Shown here: positions 40,065-50,434 of the stretch, in pieces
Numbering within the stretch: position 1 is the stretch's first letter
Layout: every line of letters begins with the position of its first letter
Assembly: GCA_963737265.1 (NCBI GenBank)
Contig: CAVTRY010000015.1
Coordinates: 96,001 to 160,000 of the forward strand
From: an uncultured delta proteobacterium
Lineage (GTDB): Bacteria > Myxococcota_A > Polyangia > Fen-1088
DNA: 64,000 bases
Reading direction: 5' to 3'
The notes under the pieces: generated by a model
What the model was told of the DNA's origin: nothing
Databases searched by the model: none
The model's input: the letters and a program-made list of their open reading frames with translations, nothing else
Program-made: the position numbers and the translations under genes

Positions 40065-42075
40065 ATGGATATCGCAGGGCAGGACGCAGAACTTCCTGAA
40101 ATACGGCATCGCAGCCAGGTGCTGTCGCTCGTCGTGACCTTGGTATTCCTGGCCCTTGGCGCGCGCCTGTTCTATTTGCAGGTGGTCGAGGGCGACAACT
40201 TCTATCGGATGACGGCGGAGAACATCATCCGCACCGTTGCCCTGCCGGCGACCCGCGGCCAGATCCGCGATCGCAAGGGCCGCGTGCTGGCCACCATGAT
40301 TCCGTCCTACGACATCGAGATACTGCCGTCGCAAGTCACGCGCGAGTCGTACGACCACCTGCGCGCCCTCCTCGGCACCGAGGTTGAACGTCTGCCCACC
40401 TGGGATGCCGTCCAGACCGAAGCCACCCAGGGCAAGGACCGCACCTTGGTGGCGGCCGAGAACGTCAGCCGCGACGTCATGGCGCAACTTGAGACCGCGC
40501 TCGACAAGCCGGGCATTCGTGTGGTGGCCGTGCAGCGGCGCCACTACCCCTACGGCGCCCTGGCGGCGCACGCCATCGGCTATCTCAACGAGGTGTCGGC
40601 GGAAGAGCTCAAGACTCGCAAGGACGAAGGCTACCAGGCGGGCGATTCCATCGGGCGCACCGGCATCGAGCGGCAGTGGGAGCCCTACCTGCGCGGCCAC
40701 AAGGGATTCGAAAAGGTCGTGGTCAACCGGCGAGGTTTGCGCCGCACCGACGTGCGCATTGCCGACCTGGTCACCGACGGGCCGGTCAGCCAATCGCCGT
40801 CGCCGGGCAACAACGTGATTCTCACCATCGATCTCGATCTGCAGCGCATCGTCGAGCGTGCCCTGCGCGGCGTGCGCTCGGCGGCGGCTGTGGTAGTGGA
40901 TTTGGAAACCGGGCGCATTCTCGCCATCGCGTCCAAGCCCGCCTTCGACCCCAACATGATGTCGAGCGGACTTTCGCCCGAGAGCGTCTCGCGCGTCTTG
41001 AGCGACCGCCTGCGCCCCTTCCGCGACAAGGCGCTGTCCGATACCTTCAATCCCGGCTCGACCTTCAAGGTCATCACCGCGCTGGCGGGCCTCGAAGAAA
41101 AGGTCATCGTCCCCGAGGACAAGGTCAAGTGCAACGGTTTCATCCAAGTGGGCCGGCGCCGCTTCCGCTGCACCAAAGCGCACAAGGTCGTGAATCTGTA
41201 CGACGCCATCGTGCAGAGTTGCAACGTGTTCTTCTACGACTTGGGCGGCCGCCCGGGCATGATGAATCGCATGGCCAAGTACGCCGCGGATTTCGGGCTG
41301 GGCGCCCCCACCGGGCTCGGCCTCAACGGCGAGCAGGCGGGCTTCATTCCCACCGAGGAATGGCACCGCGCCCAGGCGACGCCCGACGGGAAGAACGAAG
41401 GCTTCGTGGTCGGACACGCGCTCAACACCGCCATCGGCGAAGGCGCTACGCGCGCCACTGTGTTGCAGATGGCGATGCTGTACGCGACCATCGCCGCCGA
41501 CGGCAAGCTGTGGCTGCCCCAGATTGTTGAACGGGTCGAATCGCCCACCGGGCAAGTCATCGAGGAGTTTCCCCCGCGCGTGCGCCGCGAGGTCTCGGTG
41601 TCACCGGAATCGCTGGCGTTCTTGCGCCGGGCGCTCTACGGCGTGGTCTTCGAATCCAAGGGCACGGCCTACAAGGCCCGCGGGCGCCATATCGAAATCG
41701 CGGGCAAGACCGGCACCGCGCAGGTCTTCCAGGGCGGCCGCCGCGGCGGCGACGAGCCGCCGCTGCCTTACGAGCGCGTGGACCACGCTTGGTTCGCCGG
41801 CTTCGCCCCCGCGGCCAAGCCCCGCATCGCCTTCGCCGTCCTGGTCGAACACGGCGGTCACGGCGGATTCGGTCGCCGCGCCCGTCGCGGTGGAAATCGT
41901 CGAGAGCTACTTCGACACCGTGGTCCCGCCAAGCGAGCGCAATCCACCGCACCTGGTCCGGCGGGGCGAGCGCCGCCTGAGCGCCACGGCGGACAAGCCC
42001 CCGGCCGAAGCGTCCGCGACGAAAACCGAAGCCGCGGCTGCCGTCCCCACAACCGGCGTGGGTGGGAGCGAGTAA
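40065..42075 (+). CDS. mrdA: Penicillin-binding protein 2 (extra T near 41868 shifts the frame)
   Basis: RGQIRDR, PGSTFK (SxxK), SCN, KTGTAQ; true tail EHGGHGGSVAAPVA lies in the frame ending at 42075. Confidence 0.93.
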
Positions 42076-43175
42076 TGGCCCGGGTCGTTTCGTGGCGCAA
42101 ATTGAGATTCCGCTTCGACTGGACCCTGTCCGTCGCGGCTGCGGTGTGTATTGCGCTCGGCTTGCTCAACCTGTGGAGCGCCGTGCGCGAGCGCCAGTTT
42201 CACCTGTTCGCGCAACAGCTGTCGTGGCTGGCTGGCGGCGCGCTTCTCTTCTTGGCCGTCGCCAGCTTCGATTACCGCATCATCTCGCGCATTGGCTATA
42301 TCTTGTACGGCTTCGGCATTGTGTTGCTGGTGGCGGTGCTCGTGCACGGCAAGGTGGTGAGCGGCTCCCGTCGCTGGTTCGACCTCGGCGCATTTCACCT
42401 TCAGCCGTCCGAATTGATGAAGGTACTGACCATCATTGCGCTTGCCAAGTACATCCACGACACCCCGGCGCTCGATGGCCGCACTTTGCGCCACATCCTC
42501 GTGCCACTCTTTCTCGCCGGCCTGCCCGTGCTTCTCATCGCCGCGCAGCCCGACCTCGGCACGGCGCTTATCATCGGACTCATCTCGGCCACCGTGGTCC
42601 TCATCGCGCGCCTGCGCATGAAAACCCTGGGTGGCATCATCGTCGCCGGTGCGCTAGCCCTGGCTCCCTTGTGGGAATACGCGCTTCACGATTACCAGCG
42701 CAACCGCGTGCTGGCCTTCATCAATCCCGCCCTCGATCCCGCCACCGCCTGGCAACCGCGCCAGGCCATGAACGCCGTCGGCTCGGGTCGCTTCATCGGC
42801 AAGGGCTTCTTGCAAGGCACCCAGATCCGTCTGCGTTCATTGCCCGCCTTGTGGACCGATTTCCCCTTTGCCGTGTGGGCCGAGGAATGGGGCTTCATCG
42901 GCTGCGCCGCCGTTCTGATTGCCTACGCGCTCCTTGCACTTTGGGTATTGAAGATCGGCCGTGAGGCGCGCGACCGCTTCGGCATCACCGTGTGCGTGGG
43001 TGTGGCTTCCATGCTGTTCTGGCAGGTGGCCGTCAACATCGGCATGGTGACTGGCCTTTTGCCCGTGGTCGGCGTGACCCTGCCGTTGTTTAGTTATGGC
43101 GGTTCGAGCGCGCTAACGGTCATGCTGGCGCTTGGCCTCGTGATGAACGTCTCGGTACGGCGATTCGCGTATTGA
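42075..43175 (+). CDS. rodA: SEDS peptidoglycan polymerase RodA
   Basis: RRWFDLG, QPSELMK, QPDLGTA, TDF, LLPVVGVTLPLFSYGGSS; TAATG coupling to mrdA. Confidence 0.95.
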   Translation: MARVVSWRKLRFRFDWTLSVAAAVCIALGLLNLWSAVRERQFHLFAQQLSWLAGGALLFLAVASFDYRIISRIGYILYGFGIVLLVAVLVHGKVVSGSRRWFDLGAFHLQPSELMKVLTIIALAKYIHDTPALDGRTLRHILVPLFLAGLPVLLIAAQPDLGTALIIGLISATVVLIARLRMKTLGGIIVAGALALAPLWEYALHDYQRNRVLAFINPALDPATAWQPRQAMNAVGSGRFIGKGFLQGTQIRLRSLPALWTDFPFAVWAEEWGFIGCAAVLIAYALLALWVLKIGREARDRFGITVCVGVASMLFWQVAVNIGMVTGLLPVVGVTLPLFSYGGSSALTVMLALGLVMNVSVRRFAY

Positions 43176-43383
43176 TCGGCTATCGGCCGTCTACCTCCGA
43201 GATTCTTCGCGTGGCGCCTTCCCTAAACCCAGCGCTTCGCCAGCCTCGATGCGCCCAGGCTCGTTGCGCTAGAGCCTCTCCGAGTATCGCAAGATCCCGC
43301 TTGTTTCGCCTACGCGTCGCAGGAGGCACCCGGTCCACCAGCTAGCTAGGGCACACGACCTTGCGCATCCCGTGCGATGATTC
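42706..43383 (+). repeat. Direct repeat copy 1 (rodA 3' end + ~210 bp downstream)
   Basis: Aligns with 51232-51908, about a dozen substitutions by eye. Confidence 0.95.
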
Positions 43384-43608
43384 TTCATCGGACATTTTGC
43401 AGATGCAATTCGGCCATGGCAAAACGGCGTCCGGAACGGCTATCCTCGCCGTGTGCCTGTGCCATCTCCATCGCAGTGTGAAGATTCGTCACCTAGTGTT
43501 GAGCGGTGCGGAGGATTTGAGGAGTATTCCAAGGCTCGTTGCTGGCCTCTGCCTTGCAGAACGCAGCAGGCGATGTTCGCTCTTGCTCTCTAACCTGGAG
43601 GAATCAAA

Positions 43609-44295
43609 ATGAAGAAGATCGCATTCGCGTCGTGTTTCATCCCCCTGCTCGCCAGCGGAGCCTCCGCTATCGCCGCTGAAGTCGGCATCTGCAACATTCA
43701 AGTCAGCGGTGACGCCACCATGAGCACGGAGATGTCCCAGACCGACCGTTCGATGAACGAGGATCCAAGTCGAAGGGTCATAGCGATGGCGGCGACAGAC
43801 TACTGGCGCAGCGATGCCCTTATCCGCAACATTCTGAAGACATTGGCCGAGGTCACTTCATCGTTCGGCAACAAGGACAAGGCAACCAAGGCGGCGGAGG
43901 TCGAACGCACGGTAAATGAGAAGATGAAGAAAGACCCCCGCGTGCACATCCTGACGATCAACTGCATGAACTCCGCAGTCAATCTCAACCTGGAGCCGCG
44001 GGATGGCTCCAAATACGCGAATGTGCCCTTCAAAGCCAATCGCTACGCTATCGCACCGATGGCTTCGGCGAAGCCCGGTGACTTCAGTGCTGGTGTCTAT
44101 CTGAAGGAGGGAGGACACTCGTCACTCTTCGCCGTGTCGGGCGCTGGTCAGATCGACATCACAAAATTCGATGCCCAAGGTGTGCAAGGGAAGTTTTCTT
44201 TTCCTGCGCGCCAGAGTATTGGCGGAAGCCGGAAGATTACCGTTAACGGGACGTTTTCCTTCAAATGCACGGGCGCTGACCGATGCAAGCCGTAG
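43609..44295 (+). CDS. Secreted hypothetical protein
   Basis: Sec signal MKKIAF...ASAIAA; RBS GGAGG; beta-rich C-terminus. Confidence 0.75.
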   Translation: MKKIAFASCFIPLLASGASAIAAEVGICNIQVSGDATMSTEMSQTDRSMNEDPSRRVIAMAATDYWRSDALIRNILKTLAEVTSSFGNKDKATKAAEVERTVNEKMKKDPRVHILTINCMNSAVNLNLEPRDGSKYANVPFKANRYAIAPMASAKPGDFSAGVYLKEGGHSSLFAVSGAGQIDITKFDAQGVQGKFSFPARQSIGGSRKITVNGTFSFKCTGADRCKP

Positions 44296-44329
44296 TGGGC
44301 GCGACCCGAGGGCCAAGCCTGCGATACAT

Positions 44330-44545
44330 GCAACTCGGCTTCGCTCATTGTTCTCTTGAGGCCGAGCAACAGCCGGTCGTTGAAGTGCGCGGGGTCGTAG
44401 ATTCCATCCTCGTCGAGAATCAAGGTGTCGGTCAGTGCGCAGATCTTCGAGCAATCGGTGCCAGTCAGTGGAGTTGCGTGCGAGGCGAGATACCTCCAAA
44501 CTAAGCACGATACCGGCGCGGCCCATCCCGACCTCGGCCACGGGA
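44330..44545 (-). pseudogene. Internal fragment of a large serine recombinase
   Basis: VAEVGMGRAGIVLSLEVSRLARNSTDWHRLLE / ICALTDTLILDEDGIYDP..FNDRLLLGLK.TMSEAELH; both ends missing. Confidence 0.85.
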
Positions 44546-44553
44546 CCATCCAC

Positions 44554-46365
44554 GTCGGGCGTACCGCTCCGCACGCAACTTATTCCGCAACCTGACCGAC
44601 ACGATCAACGGTGCATTCCTCAGCGCCGTTGCCCACGTCTGCCCTGGGCGCACAGGTGGCAAAGCCCTGGCGTCGAGGGCCTCGTCTATTCGCGCAGGCA
44701 ACCCGAGCTGGGCACTCTCCATCGGGTGGTGCGTGAAAACATTCGGACGCTCTACGCCGCCGCCGAGGACGGCTTCGCCGGGGCCAGGCTGCCCGAGTTC
44801 GTGCGCCAGGAGTTTGCAGGGTACTTGGATTGCGGCCTGCTATGCCGAGGCTTTGCAGCGCTCCGATGCGAGGACTGCGGCGAGCACATGGTCGTGGCGT
44901 GGAGCTGCAAGTCGCGCGGATTTTGCCCCTCGTGTACGGGTAGAAGAATGGCACAGACCGCGACGAATTGGCTCGAACACGTGCTGCCAGCAACTCCCCT
45001 GCGACAGTTCGTGGTGACATTTCCCTCGAGCTTCGCCAGCGTCTGGCCTACGATGGCAAGACCCTCCGCGCGGTCGGCAGGATCTTCATGGACTCGGTTC
45101 TTGGATGGTATCGACGCCGAATGCGCGACGAAGGCATTCGCGACGGCCGCAGCGGTGCGGTCATGGTCGCGCAGCGGAACAACGCCGACGTGAAGCTTAA
45201 CCCGCACCTGCACGCCATTTTCGTCGATGGTGTCTTTGCGACCGTGCCCGACGGCAAGCCGGTCTTCCACGCCCTGCCACGCCTCTCGACCGAGGAGGTC
45301 GGCGATCTCTTGCAGGTGGTGCGTGCCCGCGTCCTCGCACACCTCGTCCGCCGTGGCATCATCGAGCCTGGCTCCGACCTGACCGTGCTCGACGACGGCT
45401 TCGCCGAGCGCGAGCCGGCCCTGGCCCAGTTGGCCGCTGCCGCCGTGTCTGGCCTGCCGCCTGCTGGCCCCGAGTTGCGCCGCCGCCCCGAACCCGTGAT
45501 GCTGCGCGGCCACCCCGGCGTCGAAGTGACAGCGCCCCTTTCCGTCACCGAGTTCGGGTTCTCCCTGCATGCTGCCACCCGCGCTGGCGCCGAAGACGCT
45601 CGTGGCCGCGAAGCCCTGTGCAAGTACGTGCTTCGCCCGCCCCTGGCCCAAGAGCGCCTGAGCCTCCTGCCAGACGGTCTGGTCCGCATCACGCTCCGCA
45701 AGCCTTTCCGAGACGGCACCTACGCCGTCGACATGGATCCGCTCTCGTTGCTTTGCCGTCTTGCCACCACGATTCCTCCGCCAAGGTTGCATGGGGTGCG
45801 CTACTCCGGTGTTCTCGCCCCCGCCGCTAAGCTCCGCCCTCTGATCGTGCCGCTACCCCCGCCTCCGCCCCAGGGCGATGCCGCCAAACCCGCAAGCAAA
45901 CCCCCTACCCATCGCTGCGCCTACATCCCGTGGGCCATCCTCGCCAAGAAAACCTTCAAGGAAGACATCGACCGTTGCCCGAAGTGCGGGGGCAAGATGA
46001 AGCTCAAATCGCTGGTGCAGGAGCCCGAGAACATCGCCAGGTTCCTGCGCCACCTGGGAGAGCCGACCGAGCCACCACCCCTGGCCCCGGCGAGGGCGCC
46101 GCCCTACTGGAAGGTTCGCGAGCTGCGCCGCAAGCCCCATGCTCAGACCGATATGTTCCACGCCTAGCCCAAGCAGCCCGTAGACCGCGCCGCCCGGGCC
46201 GCCGTCTGCCCGAAGACGCCATTGCCGCTTTATGCTGCCGCCCAAGGTGACCAAAACCCTGTCCTCGTCCCCTCCTTCTTGAGCTCCCACCCCGGGCTGG
46301 CAACCCCGTCCAGGCCCTTCTCACCCGGTTTTCGAACCCTGGCCCCCGCTTGTTTCCCTTACGCG
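44554..46365 (+). mobile_element. IS91/ISCR-like rolling-circle element (ends inferred)
   Basis: Y2 HUH transposase followed ~180 bp downstream by oriIS-like CCCGCTTGTTTCCCTTACGC; left end tentative. Confidence 0.65.
44670..46167 (+). CDS. IS91-family (Y2/HUH) transposase, frameshift near 45026
   Basis: Zn-binding CEDCG...SCKSRGFCPSC, NPHLHAI..DG (HUH), GFSLHA, LCKYVLRP, RYSGVLAP, CPKCGG; start approximate. Confidence 0.9.
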
Positions 46366-46378
46366 TCGGAGAGAGTAA

Positions 46379-47668
46379 GGTGCCGTCAAGAAATAAACTT
46401 TACATGAGCGTCTGCCGCAGTACCATTTGAGCCGATTGGACCCGACACAAAGTCTCAAAGGGAAGTTCCGTCTGGTGTGGCCACACTTGAGTGAGCGTGC
46501 TCGGCGTATGCTTGCGGCGGCGGAGGCCACCAATATTGGCTATGGCGGCGTGAGTCTCGTGAGTCGCGCATGCGGCCTGTCACGGGTGACCATTACGAAG
46601 GGCGTGAAGGAACTGCGACAGAAACCTCTGCATGGAGAGCGAGTTCGACGGAAGGGAGCCGGACGCCCGAAACTGGTGACATACGATCCCGAGCTGCCGC
46701 GGCTGCTTGAGTCGCTGGTGGAGCCGCTTACCCTCGGCGATCCGGAATCGCCGCTTCGGTGGACATGCAAGAGCACTCGGGCCCTCGCTCTGGAGTTGAC
46801 TGCGCGCCGCCACCCAATAAGCCACGAGAAGGTTGCCCAACTTCTACGAGACATGGACTATAGCTTGCAGGGGAACAGGAAGACCGAAGAGGGGGAGGAT
46901 CATCCGGATCGCGATGCCCAGTTTCGGCACATCAATCGAGAGGTGCGACGTACGATGGCGGAGATGTGCCCTGTGATTTCGGTGGACACCAAGAAGAAAG
47001 AACTCGTCGGAAACTATCGAAACGCCGGACAGCAGTGGCGACTCAACGGGACTGCCGACGTGGTGAACGGCCACGACTTCCCGGATCCGTCAGTGCCCCG
47101 CGCGTACCCATATGGCATCTACGACATGGCACGCAACACGGGATTCGTGAATGTCGGAACCGACCACGACACGGCGGCGTTCGCGGTAGCGTCGATACGC
47201 GGATGGTGGCAGCACGAAGGAAGGCACTTGTATCCTCAGTCCACCCAGCTGCTGGTCACGGCTGACTCTGGCGGCAGCAACGGCTACAGGCTGCGCTTGT
47301 GGAAGGTCGAACTGCAGCGACTTTCCGATCAGACCGGTCTATCGATCAAGGTGTGCCACTTTCCGCCAGGAACGAGCAAATGGAACAAGGTCGAGCACCG
47401 GCTCTTTTCATTCATCTCGTCGAACTGGCGGGGTGAGCCGTTACGTGACTACGAGACAATCGTGGGCCTGATTGCAGGAACGACCACAGCAAAGGGACTC
47501 GCAGTCCAGTGTCGTCTCGATCGGCGCAAGTACCCAGTCGGCCGACGGATCACTGACGAGGAATTGGCGGAACTCAGTATCACCCGGTTGCCGTTCCACG
47601 GTGAATGGAACTACACAATCCATCCCAGGCGAGCACGTAAGCTGTAAATGTTAATTCTTGACGGCGCC
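46379..47668 (+). mobile_element. ISAzo13-family insertion sequence
   Basis: Imperfect ~26-bp IRs (GGTGCCGTCAAGAAATAAACTTTACA vs GGCGCCGTCAAGAATTAACATTTACA); 3-bp TAA duplication. Confidence 0.9.
46427..47647 (+). CDS. ISAzo13-family transposase
   Basis: GDPESPLRWTCKS, HPDRDAQF, ISVDTKKKELVG, PPGTSKWNKVEHRLFS, FHGEWNYTI. Confidence 0.95.
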   Translation: MSRLDPTQSLKGKFRLVWPHLSERARRMLAAAEATNIGYGGVSLVSRACGLSRVTITKGVKELRQKPLHGERVRRKGAGRPKLVTYDPELPRLLESLVEPLTLGDPESPLRWTCKSTRALALELTARRHPISHEKVAQLLRDMDYSLQGNRKTEEGEDHPDRDAQFRHINREVRRTMAEMCPVISVDTKKKELVGNYRNAGQQWRLNGTADVVNGHDFPDPSVPRAYPYGIYDMARNTGFVNVGTDHDTAAFAVASIRGWWQHEGRHLYPQSTQLLVTADSGGSNGYRLRLWKVELQRLSDQTGLSIKVCHFPPGTSKWNKVEHRLFSFISSNWRGEPLRDYETIVGLIAGTTTAKGLAVQCRLDRRKYPVGRRITDEELAELSITRLPFHGEWNYTIHPRRARKL

Positions 47669-47833
47669 TAAGGGCCACTGCGAGGAGCTTCAAGGCCGAC
47701 GAACGAAGAAGAGTGATTTTCACGCTGTACCTCCGAGTTCCTCCTTAGCAACTGCCACGACATCTGGTGTGACCGTCGCGTGACAATTGGATTGGCTTCG
47801 ACATTTTCTGAATCCTTTCGGCTCGGCCGAAAT

Positions 47834-47982
47834 CACAAGCACACAAGCACACAAGCACACAAGCACACAAGCACACAAGCACACAAGCACACAGGCACAC
47901 AGGCACACAGGCACACAGGCACACAGGCACACAGGCACACAGGCACACAGGCACACAGGCACACAGGCACACAGGCACACAG
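47834..47982 (+). repeat. 8-bp tandem repeat: (ACACAAGC)x6 plus a partial unit, then (ACACAGGC)x11 plus a partial unit
   Basis: Counted directly. Confidence 0.97.
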
Positions 47983-48460
47983 CGCCAAAGTCTGAGCGTG
48001 AATTGACACAAGGTTCATGGATTAACATGGTTGGATTCCGCAGTGTGGGCTTGCCTGCGAGGCGGTTTGTTGTTGCTCTGTCTCCGTCGTCAGGCACTCG
48101 CAGGCGGGCCGGTTTGCAAGGTAGTGCGTCCAGCACATCGCTCGATCACCGTGCGGGACCTCCGCGTTTGTGGACCAGCGACGCCTCGCCGCCCCGCTGG
48201 TCAGACGTGTTCGAAGTCATGGCAAGGAAGCAAGGAGACATTGATGCATAGCCTCGCGCTCGCCGGGTACAGGGACAATTTGGGCAAGATCGACGTGTAG
48301 GCCGATGTAGTTGACGTTTCTTATCGGAGATTCCTAACAGATACGATTCGGTGAAAAGAAAATGGGGCTTGTGCCGACTATCCACACATTCTGGGTATCC
48401 ACCGGCATCGTATGCAAGATTATTGCAACATCCGAGGAACGACCAAGAGGGCTTCGAACC

Positions 48461-50242
48461 ATGAATCACTTACCATTTGCTATTGCATACATCGCGGTCT
48501 TTTTGAGTGCCGAGGCTTGTTCGTCGAGTTCGAGCAACCCCAATGCTCTTGAAGGCGGTAGTGGTGGCGCCCCCACCGGTGGCTTCCGGGACGCGGGTGC
48601 TGACGTTGCCGCCGCGACCTCGCAGCCATGCGGCTCGTTTGAGCTCTCCTCTGGGGGCTACTTCAAGAGTGGGAGCTGGCACGGCCAAGCGTGGACGAAT
48701 GTCAGCTCGGGGACTACTATTTCCCCTTCAAATTTCAGCGATCTTACTCCGGGCGCTCCGCTGTGTGTTCAGGGCACGGTCAACGCGCGAACCCAGGGTG
48801 GCGCGTGGGCAATTCTCGGCATTGGTGTTGACGGAGTTGCTCGACAAAATGCGGTGGCGGACGCGGGGCTTGATGCATCCACAGGCGCTGCCATCGAAGA
48901 ATTCAACTCCTTGGTTCCGGTGAGCGACGGCTTGATCGTGAATATAAACAACAGGGCCGACTCACCGCTCAGGCTATGCGTGCAAGCCGCCGACGGCGAC
49001 CAATGGTGCGCGCCGCTCGGCCAGTCCAATTTCTTCCCCTGGAATAGCTTTCAAGACATAACAGGCTCCGGCGTGGCCTATGCAAACGAACCGCTGATCA
49101 GCATTCAAGTCACCGCTACCGATTCAGACTCCTCAGGTTCGACGCCATTCGACTTCTGCCTCAATAGTATGGTGGAGGTGGCGAGTTGGTGCGGATGCAA
49201 CGGCGGTGCATGCTCATGCCCTGCCGGAATGACCTCTTGCGACGGCGTCTGCGTCACGGACACTTCCCTCAACCCCAACAACTGCGGAACGTGTGGCATT
49301 GTTTGCCAAGCTACGTCCGCCTGCAGCGCCGGGCAATGCAGTGACTCGAGCTTCGTCGGTTTGAATAACCCGTTCGCGCTCGTGACCGACGGAGCCTACC
49401 TATATATGACGGATTCGATTGCCGGTTCGGTGCTCAAGGCGTCGTTGAATGGCGGCGTCCCCGTTGCGCTCGCGTCAGGGCAAGTTAATCCGCAACTCCT
49501 TGCCCTCGACAGCGGCCACGTCTATTGGGTCAATGCGGGCACCTCGGTCAATGATTACGCGGACGGGTCGATCATGAAGACTGGCATTGACGGCTCTGCG
49601 TTGACCACGCTAGCGTCGAATCAGAATACTCCTTCGGCAATTGCCGTCGATGCCACGAGCGTGTACTGGGTCAACGCAGGGACCTCCGCCAGGCAGTACG
49701 CCGACGGCACGGTCATGAGTATCGCCGTTGACGGGGGGACACCGACCCTACTTGCCTCGGGTCAAATCAGCCCTTCGGCAATTGCCGTCGATGGCACGAA
49801 TGTATATTGGACCAACCTTGGAACCTCGCACTATGGTTTTCTCGTCGACGACGGCTCGGTAATGAAGATGGCCCTGATTGGCGGCATGGTGACGACCTTG
49901 GCCAGCGGACAGTCTGCTCCTGGGACGGTCACGGTTGATGCAGACTTCGTCTACTGGGCTAACTCTGGATCGGTGTCGAAAGTGCCGATTGCCGGTGGAA
50001 CCGCGACCGTTTTGGCCACGGCACAAAGTCAGCCATTTCAAATCGTCGTATCCGGCGAAGACCTCTATTGGACCAACCTCTACGCCGGGTCGGTGCTCAC
50101 TGTGGCAGTCAACGGCGGCGCCGTAACAACACTTGCAACGGGGCAGAACTACGCCCTTGGCATCGCTATTGTCGCCAATGACGTGTATTGGGTAACCTAC
50201 GACGGGATCGTCGCCGGTAGCATACTTCGGCACGCAAAGTAG
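48461..50242 (+). CDS. Lipoprotein with Cys-rich repeat and C-terminal beta-propeller
   Basis: Lipobox-like EAC; CPAGMTSCDGVCV...NCGTCG..C (myxobacterial Cys repeat); repeated IAVD.T.VYW blades. Confidence 0.8.
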   Translation: MNHLPFAIAYIAVFLSAEACSSSSSNPNALEGGSGGAPTGGFRDAGADVAAATSQPCGSFELSSGGYFKSGSWHGQAWTNVSSGTTISPSNFSDLTPGAPLCVQGTVNARTQGGAWAILGIGVDGVARQNAVADAGLDASTGAAIEEFNSLVPVSDGLIVNINNRADSPLRLCVQAADGDQWCAPLGQSNFFPWNSFQDITGSGVAYANEPLISIQVTATDSDSSGSTPFDFCLNSMVEVASWCGCNGGACSCPAGMTSCDGVCVTDTSLNPNNCGTCGIVCQATSACSAGQCSDSSFVGLNNPFALVTDGAYLYMTDSIAGSVLKASLNGGVPVALASGQVNPQLLALDSGHVYWVNAGTSVNDYADGSIMKTGIDGSALTTLASNQNTPSAIAVDATSVYWVNAGTSARQYADGTVMSIAVDGGTPTLLASGQISPSAIAVDGTNVYWTNLGTSHYGFLVDDGSVMKMALIGGMVTTLASGQSAPGTVTVDADFVYWANSGSVSKVPIAGGTATVLATAQSQPFQIVVSGEDLYWTNLYAGSVLTVAVNGGAVTTLATGQNYALGIAIVANDVYWVTYDGIVAGSILRHAK

Positions 50243-50289
50243 CCCCACGCCCGGAGCTGTGGCTCGCCAAAACTCCATCGCGATCACCA

Positions 50290-50412
50290 TGCGCACCGTC
50301 GGTGGCAGAGCGGGCCCGATGCTCCTTCCCCGTCCTGTGCAGACTGGATGAAGTGGCTGGCTCGATTCGCGTAGGGCTGACGAGGTACCGTTGGCCAATC
50401 CAAACGCGGGAA
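50290..50412 (+). ncRNA. Candidate IS110 bridge/seek RNA in the 5' non-coding end
   Basis: Small 5' hairpin plus two stems with internal loops directly upstream of the IS110 RBS; folded by eye only. Confidence 0.45.
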
Positions 50413-50434
50413 CCCCGTGTGAAGGAGGTCAGCC

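Noticed and set aside
40065-43175. Apparent 1036-aa PBP2-RodA fusion in the ORF track
   Set aside because: Caused by one extra T near 41868; the real PBP2 tail is in another frame ending at 42075, and rodA has its own coupled ATG.
47720-48251. ORFs with CACVPVCL / HTGTQAHR repeats, or a CRISPR array
   Set aside because: Translations of an 8-bp tandem repeat; no spacers, no cas genes.
50253-50264. 5-6 nt matches between the IS110 leader loop and the flank (GGAGC, GTGGCT)
   Set aside because: Too short, and not arranged as expected for bridge-RNA guides at a single junction.
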